64,000 bases of DNA from Cystobasidiomycetes sp. EMM_F5 (Eukaryota): NCBI GenBank assembly GCA_051047955.1, contig JBPGPT010000002.1, forward strand, positions 434,001 to 498,000, read 5' to 3'. Under the pieces are notes generated by a model. It was not told where the DNA came from and did no database searches. It saw only the letters and a program-made list of their open reading frames with translations. Each line of letters starts with the position of its first letter. Within the stretch, counting starts at the first letter, position 1. Below are positions 25,052-35,941 of the stretch, one piece after another. Position numbers and translations under genes: made by a program.

Positions 25052-25884
25052 ATGGCACCCAAGAAAGATGTCAAGGGCAAGGGAAAGCAAAAGGAAGGGG
25101 GGCATAGTGATGGAGAGGACGAGAAGGAAGTCTACGACACCGTCTCGGAATTTATTGACGCGCAGATAGCCCGCTTTGAGGCACCGCTGCAATGGCCTGA
25201 CCTCGACAAGCAGGATCCTGCATACAAAGAATTGAAAAAGACGCTTTCTTACATCGAGTACGCTGGAATTACGCTGCGCTCGGATTTGATTCACGACTGA
25301 CTGTAGGCATTGTTAGCCAGACACTCGCCGGCCGAAGAGCTTTGAAATTACACGATGCAGCGATACAAGCTATAGTCGAACAGGTCGAATACCTAAGAGC
25401 GACCAAGGCGAGCGAGGAGATTGTCACGAGGTATTCGGTCAATTCGGATGACATTCTCATAGACAAGTAAGCATGCACACCTCAGTGCGTCTACATGATA
25501 ATGGCTAACATGAATACAGAGACTATTGGCTTCAAGACCTGCCAAAAGAGTGGCCGAAGGAATGTACGGCTTCAGGTGTATCGGATGTCAAACTTCAGCG
25601 GTAGGCTACAATTCAATTGTTACTACATCGTGACACTGACGAGGTTATATAGCTACAAGAAGCTGTTGAAGAGCGTAAGGAGCCTTGACGAACAGTATGC
25701 AATGCTAGAAGAGAAGGAGGCTTTCTACTCGAGTCTTGTAGCTTTCGTAAAAGACGATGACGATAATCCAAGGCCGGCTGTTAAGAATGCGACCAGCAAG
25801 AAGGACAAAAGTGTGGAGAAAAATGGCAAACAAGGCGAGCCGGCTCAGCAAAAGAAGAAAAAGCAAAAACAAATCGACCAGTAG
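25052..25884 (+). CDS. Small spliced protein resembling kinetochore Fta4/Nkp1
   Basis: Reconstructed with 3 introns: SEFIDAQIARFEAPL...AAIQAIVEQVEYL...WLQDLPKEWP...RYKKLLKSVRSLDEQ...; Lys-rich termini. Family call from recalled motif order only. Confidence 0.5.
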
Positions 25885-26138
25885 CTCCACTGTGTGGGGT
25901 TCCCTTGCGCTGGACGCAGTAGTGCGGAACGGCAAGACAACATGAGCACAAAACGGGCACGCTTCAAAGAGGACGCGATCGCGAAGCAAAAAGCGAGTGT
26001 TTGTCACTGAAACCGTATTCCAACCCTCTTGTACTCCACCTAACGACTTCCAACATCTCTCGACATAGATTGCAAGATTTCGCAAATCAACAGTGCCGAC
26101 GTAATAACCACAACAGCCCTGCATTTGCCTCTGGATGC

Positions 26139-26828
26139 TTATGAAGGCCGATACAGCATTGGTGTCATATCCTTTAGCTTGTCATTGTACTCCGGTGCGT
26201 TGGGATCGTACTCGGCTCTGTCATCAGTCACGAATCCGAATCTGCGGAAAAAGCCGATGGCGTTGTTAACTGCTCGAACTTCGAGATCAAAATTCGCGCC
26301 TCGTCTTTGTCGTTCGCCTTTCCATACTGCAATGAGATGCCTGACGAGGAGGGATCCATGACCTCTGCCATTTACTCCGGGGTGGACGAATAAGCGGTTC
26401 ATGAAGAGGCGGTCTGGCAGAATTTCGTATCGAATGTAGCCGACAATGGTACCGCTACTCGTCTGCGCGACCATGACGATGTTGCGTGCTGGATCATTGA
26501 GCTGCCTAGAGACATCCTTCGTTTGTCTTTTTCGAACTTTGTCATGTGTCGTTTGATCCACTCCACGGCATGCCAGTATCTGATCCAGATCAGCAATGGT
26601 GGCATGTCTCATAACGATAGAAGCACTCCGACGGCGCTGCGCTGTTACACTGGACGTTACCCTATTCGTGGTGCCAGAGGAACTTTGTGACAAACGTCGG
26701 TGTGACTGCGTAGATCTGCCATTGGTGCCCCGGTCCTCTCCGATGGCCTGTCTTGGGGCGCGCTCAGCTCGATGTCTACGATCCCCACGTCCACTGGCCC
26801 CTTGCTGTGTTGACTGTTTGTTGCCCAT
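26139..26828 (-). CDS. GNAT-family N-acetyltransferase with basic N-terminal extension, intronless
   Basis: MRHATIADL, IVGYI, acetyl-CoA motif A LFVHPGVNGRGHGSLLV, motif B LEVRAVNNAIGFFRRFGF. Confidence 0.85.
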   Translation of the reverse strand: MGNKQSTQQGASGRGDRRHRAERAPRQAIGEDRGTNGRSTQSHRRLSQSSSGTTNRVTSSVTAQRRRSASIVMRHATIADLDQILACRGVDQTTHDKVRKRQTKDVSRQLNDPARNIVMVAQTSSGTIVGYIRYEILPDRLFMNRLFVHPGVNGRGHGSLLVRHLIAVWKGERQRRGANFDLEVRAVNNAIGFFRRFGFVTDDRAEYDPNAPEYNDKLKDMTPMLYRPS

Positions 26829-27260
26829 TTTCCGACCCAGTATGGGCCAAGTGAGTCCGCGATGAATTGCGGAGACGCAGCGGAAAGAGCTAGTTCAGCA
26901 CACTGCGAAACAAAGCTAGCAGTTCTTTAAGAGTCAGGACGATCATGGTACAGTAGAGTGGGGCAGTGCCGATTGTTGCGCATGCAGCGTATGTATACAG
27001 AGATTTGCGCTATCGGTGCACAGCTTCTCAGAGGAGACATGAGAATTTTCACATAGTTGAGAGAGCAATTTTCAGCGGGGATGCGTTAGCAGACTATCCA
27101 TCACACTCAACCTGTCTTTTAATGCAAGCTGGTCTATATGTCTTCCAGTGACATCATCGGCCAACTTTGTTGTGCGAGACTGTCCGTAGTCATCAAAGAC
27201 TTTGTATCTCTTTATTTCCATACACCCTGTTGCTGTAACGTGGTGTGAGCGCTGCACACA

Positions 27261-30099
27261 ATGTCGAGTGCTGCAGACCTGCCGCCAGTGGTGCTGGGCG
27301 ACAGTCACGGCCACAACGTGCCAGCAGCTGGAGGCGTCCATACAGCGACACCGCCAGAGCCAGCTACGACTCTTCACGCAGCAGTGGTAGCAACGACATC
27401 AGCTGGAGTCAGTGAAAACAATGGCCTGCTGCCGTCAGTCCAGGCAGCCAAAGAGCAAGCTGCGAATCCAAATGTTGAGGGCGTTGGAGACGTGTCGCAC
27501 GTTGACGTCGCAAACGAGCTGGGCCTGCAGACAGTGACACGAGAGCAGCTGGACGCGCACCACGAGCTCCAGCAACGGTCACTGCCTGCAAAACCTCAGG
27601 ATCACTCGACGGGTGGACTGGTCAAGCAGCACGATACGGCTGACAGCGAGGCACTCGATAAAGACACCTTCAATGTCTGGAGCAATCCAGATGAAGTGCC
27701 AAAAGAAGTCGGTGCGTGTATTTCAATCGAGGAGGCCATTATCACTGCCTAACATCGTTCCTGTCCACAGTCGAGGGCCTCGACAATGAGGAGCTATGGA
27801 AGCTGGTGCGCCGATTCGACAAACAAATGTACCATGTCAAGGCGACAAAGGACGGAAGACTGCGGGGGATGTACCCTGAGGAAGAGCTGGACCTTCTCAA
27901 CGCCGCAGACGAGGAATTCAGCCCAGACAGGCTACGTTCAAACATTGAAAGATTGTACATCACGTTTGTGAGTGTGTATGAGGAACGATGTGCTCGGATA
28001 TTCTCATCTAAACACCTCGTAATGTCTGTCTTTCAGATCATTGGCTCAGCTGGCTTCTTCAAACATATTGCTAGACTGCGATCGTGGAACGAGTACAATC
28101 GTACCGCGACGTGGTGTGCTGTAGGCTGAACAATGAGGCTTGGACTCGCTCAATGACTCACTTCTGCGCCCATGCAGACATACTTTACATTCTGGCTGTT
28201 TGGACAATCTGGATCGCTCATCATTTGCCTGATCATCACACTCATGGTCTATCCCCCTTCAAGACACTATCTCTTCCCACCTGCACCCCTGTCAATGGTT
28301 TCGGCATTTTCAGGTGGCCTCCAGAAACCGAAAGCTGGAAACAAGCTTGGATCGCATGACAGGTTAGCCAAAGCCACCCCACTTAACCGAGCTGTGTTTC
28401 TTCTAAGTTGAGCTCTTGGTTCTCTCTTACACGTATACTCTGTATGCACTTCACACTGGATTTGATTCTACACCAATCTGCGGAGATAGCTTGACTGGAG
28501 CTGCAGAAGCGCACAAGGGAGAAGCGGTAGAGAACGAAGCATCAAACTTTGTGAATGGTCTAGCTGGCGCAGTCATGGCAACAAGTATTGGTAAAGTCAA
28601 CGAGTCGACCGAGGAGGAGACTGGGAAAAAGACAAAGCTCGATTCGGCTTTACCTGATCCCACAGCCATTGCCATGTCCGGCGGAGAGGCTCTCAAGAGG
28701 ACTGCAGGTAAATTGCCTTCAGAAGATCACAACAAGGCCAAAGACCCGGTAGTGGATGCCATCTGGAAGGGGATGAGACCACTTATGCATGGCCTCGAGG
28801 ATTTCTGCGATAATTATGAAAGAGTCGCAAAGTAAGTAACTCGTGCAAATTCGGCATTATCAGTTCTCTAACCTGCATGCGTCGACTACAGCGCATTATC
28901 GCCCACGCATCCGTATCCACAACATCTCCCGCGGATACGTCTAGCAGCTTTGCTTCTACCGGTACTACTCATTGCAGCAGTCGTTCCGGTTGCATGGCTT
29001 TCACGTGGCGCGTCTTTTGGTGCTGGCGCAGCTTTTTTCAGTCAGCCGTACATGACGCGGGGTCTCAACTGGTTCCTTACGAAGTACCCCGATTGGCAAG
29101 ACTATCTCAAAGTCGAGGAGTACGTTTTCCGAGCTGGCATTACATGCAGTATCGACGCTGACGTATTGTTTGCGTGCAGGACGATTCTGAAAGGTGTCCC
29201 ATCCAACAATCAGCTCACCTTGACTCTGCTTCGTATTGGTGAAGACCACAATGTTCCGCTACCACCGCCACCTAAATACACTGGTGCCCCACCAGAACGT
29301 TCGCCGTCACCAATTGCCGAAGAGGATCTGCCTTCCATCAATCCAGATACTGCTGACCGAGACTTGTCGCATGATGATGAGTACCACTATGCCGGCATCG
29401 ATTTGAACGATGATGGAGATACCGCCGTCGAAGATGATTCGAGTCACGACGCATTGGGCGTCAAGAAAACCAAGAAGCGTCGACTCGTCAATTTCGTCAA
29501 GGGTTCGGCCAAGACTGCAGTCACGGCCATCATGGGCGCAGACCGTGTCAAGGCTACCGTTGGGAGCGAGAAGAGCAAAGAACGTCAAGGCGTGCTCAGG
29601 AGTAGAAAATATGTCGATGGTCCGTCCATGTTTCGATGTCGACATTCCGGCAAGAAGGGTTGGGCTATCATTGTGAGCGGCGTGAGCTGAAGAGCAGCAT
29701 GTCGTGTATTTGGTCGATTAGCTAACATGTGTACCGTTCCCAGTCGACATCTGCAACTACGCCATGCATAGCCTGGGTTCCCGACAAAAAGCTTCCTGGC
29801 AGTGTAGAGTTTGCCCCGAAGTTCTCTGTTCAATTACAGGATATCACCCAACTGCAGAAGCTCGGGGGTCTGGGTTGGAAGACCAAGTTGGTCGTCGGAG
29901 GAATGCTCGGAATGGAAGTCATCGACGCACTCAAGATTGTCACTGGTACAGACGAAACAATTGTTCTGACTGCTTTGCCGCGCCGTGATGAGCTGTTCAA
30001 CCGGCTGATAGCTTTGAGTAACAATGTGAGTGATCCTCAAAAGACCGCGCTAGCTGTCATGGCTGACTAGTCTGTGCGCAGAGATGGGATTCGTATTAG
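27261..30099 (+). CDS. DUF3292-family fungal membrane protein, spliced
   Basis: GLDNEELWKLVRRFDKQMYHVK, DEEFSPDRLRSNIERLY, KHIARLRSWNE, LFPPAP, ILKGVPSNNQLTLTLLRIGE, KLGGLGWKTKLVVG, RRDELFNRLIA; ends RWDSY*. Confidence 0.8.
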
Positions 30100-30355
30100 G
30101 CGAGCCCGCATTCAGTATAAGTCTGCATGTCTGTCCATGATTGAAGTTTGTTGTACCGCAGTATAGACCCTGTTAGTCTGTAAGGAAAGTTAGGCAACCA
30201 TAGTTGCTGTAGACAAAAAAAGCTGAGCACATATAGCCAAAATACATGTCGTGGCCTGACTCTTCACGTCTGTGCCCAAATACTTGCCTAAACTTGCCGC
30301 TTCAGCTTATAATAACGATGCCTGTTCGCACACGTATTTCTGCAGGTTGACACTT

Positions 30356-31151
30356 ATGGACACTCCAAAAGCATCTACTATGCGATGGCGCGGAGCAGTT
30401 GTGGATGATATGCAGCTTCCAGCGGCTTTCGCACTGCCCAGCACCGAGTCGGTCAAATTGGCTTCACATTATATCGGCGAACTGCTGAAACACTACTGCC
30501 AAGCAGAACCATAGGGAGAGCTATTGAGCGTCCGTCTAATCCCTCTTCTTTTCCTCGCCAGTCGTTTGAGCACGAGAAGCTGATGTCCATACAAAACAAA
30601 GTCGCGACGCAGCGGGAATTCGACACGCTGCCAGTATTATCCCCGACCAATCGCAAGCCAATAGGCTACGTTACTATTCAAGACTTGCTCAGATCACTAG
30701 AAGGTGGAGCACTACGCCCGGAAGATTCGCTGGCATCAAGCATGCGCAGGTTTGCCGTAAAGAGAGACTATAAAGGTGGGATTCTGTGGGAGAGCGGGTA
30801 AGCAAGCTGAAGACTGATATCTGATGCAGTAATTACGCCCGATACCGGTGATTACACCTGATTCTCTTGTCCTTACAATTTGCGCAGACTGACCCCTTAG
30901 ATACAGACTTGGCAGTGTTGGAGACATTCTTTGCAAGTAATAGCTTCGCAATAGTGACAGGTATGGCTTTCGACACTAGCTTCGCCTTTCCGCTCATCAT
31001 GCGTGCTCCCTGTAGACCCTCAACGGAAATTCGTCCTTGCTTTATGTACAAAGGAAGATCTGGACAAGTGCGCATGAACCGCGCGCTATGTAAAGGACAA
31101 GCGCTAATTCTCGAAAGCATCAACAGATTTGCGGAAAGACGGTGTCTATGA
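30356..31151 (+). CDS. Small stand-alone CBS-domain (Bateman) protein, spliced
   Basis: WRGAVVDDMQLPAA...RAIELATQREFDTLPVL...IGYV...MRRF...YKVITPDTDLAVLETFF...FAIVTDPQRKFVL; no PLP catalytic domain. Confidence 0.75.
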
Positions 31152-31299
31152 CGTACACCGCAAGATTTTGATATGTGCTTGGCCGGATGATGCAGTATCA
31201 CTGTTGTTTGTACACCAATATCCACGTTCCATGGTTCGACCATAAGCTATAGACGAGTCGCGGATGCATAATCCGCTCTGACGAGTGTGCTTTGGCGCC

Positions 31300-34200
31300 T
31301 CAAAATGCATTGCGATCCCGCTCAACATTCTCCTTCCACGCTTGCATCAGCTCTTGCACAATCTGCGTAATCTCGGTTGACGTCCTGACGTTCGCAGCTT
31401 CGAAATCATACCGTTTCACGTCCCTATCCTTGTCGCGCCAGACAATCAACTTGAAATTACTTGGGATTCTCTTGGTGATCTTGCACATGGCGATTTGCGA
31501 GATGTGGTATGACGCCGTCCTGACTGCATTGCTCGTAAGTTTCGTGTCTGAAGGCATAATGTGGATGTAGTCGTTGTCGATCGAGAAGATGCGCTCGTGT
31601 CTGCCCAAAGGCATTGGCATCTTGCGCTGAACTATGTATGTCTGTATGCCAATACAGTCAGCAGTCTTTGATGCAGTACTCCGACCGGTCTAACGTACCC
31701 TGTAATTGGAGTCTAGATCTGCTGCAGATACGTACCGGGGTTGTGGTACTTCAGATAGGCGCTTGAAAATGGAGGCTATACCGGGGATGACAAAATTAGC
31801 CCAAACTCCAAGACACATGGAGGCATCAGCTAAACACACCATTCGGATTCGTATTCTGTAGACCGTTAGTTCTTGCTGCAGAAGCCGAAGCTGTCGCCGC
31901 GCTTGTCGAGGTCCCTCGCTTGGCCAAGGCCAAGTGGTGTACTCCTTGCAGACTTTCGACTGTTCTATCCAAGGGCACAACTAGGCCTCGATCGGGGACC
32001 ATCAATATCCACTCTTTCGAGCTTTCAAGGTTCTTCTTCCTGCAGATGAGGTCCAGTACATCGGCGAGATACATGTCGCGAGGCACCTGCACAGTCGTCG
32101 TGATAGCCTCAACGCCTTTGAGCGGAATGCGCACTCTCAGGTAAACAAGTGGCACATTTGTCCCTGCAGCGGTGGCAAACGACGCTTTCGACGGTGTTGT
32201 CGCGTTGTACGATGCAGCTATGGTATTTGCTGCCCCATTGATGCTGTTTGGTGGGATCGCAAGGCTGGGCAGCGCAAGGGTACTCTGGTTGTCAATAAGC
32301 GGTGCCATTCGTTTGATACGCTTAATGACTCGTGATGGGCGACGCTCAATTTGGCCATCGCTAGCCTGATTAGCGCGAGCTGTGTAAAGCCGTCAGTGTA
32401 TGTCATATAGCGACTGGAAAAAGATAGGCTTCATTACCTTGAGAATCAGTAGCTTTGACCAAGGCAAAACAGGTACCGAAGCCTTTCGCAGTCCGTGAGC
32501 GATCCGGCGCTGTCGTGAAGAAATATGAGTATAAAGTGCTTGTGAAGCAGGTCAGTACACCACCTACCGGGGAAGTCATCATCTACTGCACCATCCTCCT
32601 CCTCTTCGGCGATACGGAGGACCCAGTTAGTTACTTTCAACAACTTGCAGTCATCATCGGATCTCTCGTCCCACTTCGCATCGTTTGCACCTTCTGTATC
32701 GGGACATATACTGGGCTGGCGTCGTTCCTCCCAATACTTCCATAGAGCGCAACCTATGATCTCTTCGACGATCAGGTCCGGCTTGACGTGCATCTTGACA
32801 GGCTTCGCAGGATCGCGACTGAAAGGATAGTATACGGATAACGACAAGCTGGAGTTGCTGGCAGGAGCGGCAGCCCCTCTTCTAGCATAGCGACCAGTTG
32901 CTACGGCGACAGGAGCTGCGGTGAACAGTGCACCATAAAACTCATTGAATGGATTGTCGACCTTCGTGTCGCTTCCCGCGTCAGCGCTCTTGAGCATGGC
33001 ACTCAATGCAGAAGTCTTTGGCGGTATGAATGGAACTACTTCTTGCCGAGTGATTGGAAAGGCAATGTACGGATCGTACTCTTTCTTGTGGGAATGCTTG
33101 GTAGACGACTTTGGTCTAGACAGTTCCGGACTTGGCGCGATGTAAGAGGAAGCCACAGTCGTTTGTCTAGCCTGACGAGGATCAGCGCTTGTATTTATTG
33201 TGAGGCTATCCACAGCCTCTGGCGCTGAGACCGTCCGCAACGCCGTTAAGGATCCTGCATTGGGACCAGTAGACTGCGAGCGGACTAGGTGACGCTTGAC
33301 TGGCTCAGTCAGGTAGCCATCCTCCTCTTCGGCGGGGATAATTGCCGTATCTATCTCACTGGCAGGCGATGCCATTTCCGGACTACCTACAATCGAAGTA
33401 GCGCTGTGTACAGGATTGCGCAAAGCAGATTTTGGCCCTCGTACCGGAAAGCCCGTACTCGTCGGCGTGGTAGGCTGAGATAGAGCATGAATGGATAGCG
33501 GAGCGGGATCCGTTTTGCTACGTTGTCGAGTACGAACTCCGGTGCTCGGGCGGGATCGTAAGAGCTGATTGTGCAAGTTGGAAGCGGGAGATAGTGGTCG
33601 TGGTCCAGTAGCATTGGAAAGGGATGCGGTCGGTGAGACGGGCTTTATGTTCTGCAGTGGCGACAGGGGTGGACGGACAGGGAAAATGTTTCCAGGTGAA
33701 GGAGGAGCACTTCTATGTACAAGACTTGGGCTAGACGATCCGTTTCGCATTACCGATCTAGCTGACACTGGCGTACCGGGAGTTTGTGGACCGTTTGGTA
33801 GCGAACCCTCAGGCGGAGACGCAGGAAGAGATAGCGGTAAGGCGACCCTGCCTGATATATTGACTCGTCGTCTAGCTCGTCTTCTAGCCATTTGTGCTGC
33901 CCTCAGGGCTGCGTCTTCAGCATCGACAGGTGGTCCAGGGTGTCCAGATGTATCGTCTCGTTGTTCATCTGTGCTCAAGACTTGTCCGGCTTCGTGGATC
34001 TCGCTGGCTTCTGCGATAGCCGGAAGTTTAGCGTGATTGGGCGGAGAAACCAAAGTCGACTGCCCGTATAGATCGCTGACCGCGTCTTGCAATGCATCGG
34101 CACGTGTAGCAGAGGGGGCAAAAGATGTAGCTTCGAGTGAAGAACTCGATCCACCATGTCTACCGTGAAGAGAAAATTGGAAGAGATCGTCATCCTGCGG

Positions 34201-35618
34201 CGTCTCTTCGCCTTCACTCAGTGACTCAAGCAGGCTACCCGACCTCAAGCGAGCTCCCTGTTTTGCTCCATTTTGTACTTGTTGATGTTGTTGGGATTGC
34301 CTCCGCTCGTGCCACCGTTGACGAATCTCCTCTTCGTCTGAATCAATATCGCCGAGCGCAGCATCACTAGATGCTCCGGTATCCTTGCGAGATCGAGGTC
34401 GTACCAGTACGTCACTCGGCGAAGGATGCAGAGACAAGTCGGGTATTCCTACTGCTGTATCCGGTCTGCTAGCAGTAGCTCTCGCATCTTGCAGATAGCT
34501 GCGCGACGGATGCTCATCATCCCGGATAGGTTCAGCGGCTTGTGTAAGCGAGGTGTCCTGATCTGCAGCATCGGCGCCGTGTAAATCCGGGGAAGAGGCG
34601 GGATACGCTGATACCGTGGGTGAGTAAGGCTGTGGCGAAAGCTGATTCGCTAGAGCTCTATCTAGTGGAGCCATGAGCCCGCTGGCGGAGCTAGCCTCGC
34701 TATCGCCTCTGGGACGAGATTGATTTCGATAAGACGGCCGTGATTGCAAGGGGCTGCTGGCAAAGTTATCAAACGTTCGCTCCGGATTGTACGCCTCCTC
34801 CTCCTCGGAGTTGTCGTACTCGGAATCAGAATCTTCTTGCATGCTCTGACGCGAGTCACTACGAGGCACAGGCTGCCATTGTTGTTGCCCAGGTTGAGGT
34901 GTTCCGTCCGGAGAATCGATTGTGAGATGCGGGGTAGTGATGCCGTTGGCCGAGGCGGGTTGTCTCGTAGAGTAGTCTCCTGCTTCATCATTAAGTTCTC
35001 CACTAGCATACGGGGAACCTGCTGCTTTAGCAAGCTGATGCGGTTTTGGCTTCCAGCTTGATCGCTTGCCCTTGGGCTTTGGATGAGCCGGCCCGTCTAC
35101 TGCACCAAGGGAATTGTCATGGCGCCCCACAATAGTTTGAGAGTAGTTTAATCCAGCTACTCGCCTGTCGGCGTCTCCCCGACCATCTGACTGACGTCGG
35201 CGCAACCTGTTGGGTCGGCCAGGGGCACCTGATCCGCCATTGCTGGGTGTATTGTAACCGGTCGAGCGACCGAGCGGAGTAGCAGACGACGTGAGGGGAA
35301 TAGGACCTGGCGACCTCGCGAGTCCAAAGTCGGCCACGCCTGTTCCCTGACGATGTGGGCCGGCATGATGCGATTGACCAATGTTGCCGCTGTGGGGATG
35401 CAACCCTGCAGTTATGGCATGCTGGGACAGAGCGTGGAAGGGGGCAGACTGGATCAGCGATGTAGGCTGACTCCCGTAAGCTCCTAGAGGTGCTTCGACT
35501 CGGAGGAAAGCGAGCCGGAGAGCCTGGAGAAAGTAGCTGCGGCGTATCGAGGATTCAGCATTTGGAGCTCAAGTTGAAAGTCAGCTCCTGCTCACTCTTG
35601 GTCAGTAATCAGCGACAT
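31300..35618 (-). CDS. SIN1: TORC2 subunit Sin1/Avo1, spliced
   Basis: MSLITD..YFLQALRLAFL; SALSAML..NPF; CRIM (IVEEIIGCALWKY, WVLRIAEE..VDDDFP); RBD-like (YLADVLDLICRK, VPLDRTVESL); PH (HERIFSIDNDYIHIMP, KRYDFEA). Confidence 0.9.
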
Positions 35619-35941
35619 GTTAGTATTAGAACCATTGCAGCTTTACGACATGTTGGTCATTTCCAAATCGACGCGGCTCCCGGGGCTTGGTGCAACTCCA
35701 ACACCTGCAAGTCGGGCAGTTCTGGGCTAGACTGCGAGTAATGTGCTAGTCACATCGACAGCCCGTACAAGTGAACGCTGCGCTGGTCAGCTCAGTATCG
35801 ATATCGTTTCCACGCTCATTTTCCTGGTCGAATAGTCAGCCTAGTCTGGGCGTTCCCAGCACATCTCCCGGTCAAGCGATTAAGAGATACACCATCCAAG
35901 CTGTGAATCTAGGCCACACGCCACACACACCCTGTGCAATA

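Noticed and set aside
28363..28489. Unusually long intron in the DUF3292 gene (hidden micro-exon or snoRNA?)
   Set aside because: I found no frame-compatible internal exon and no clear C/D or H/ACA boxes.
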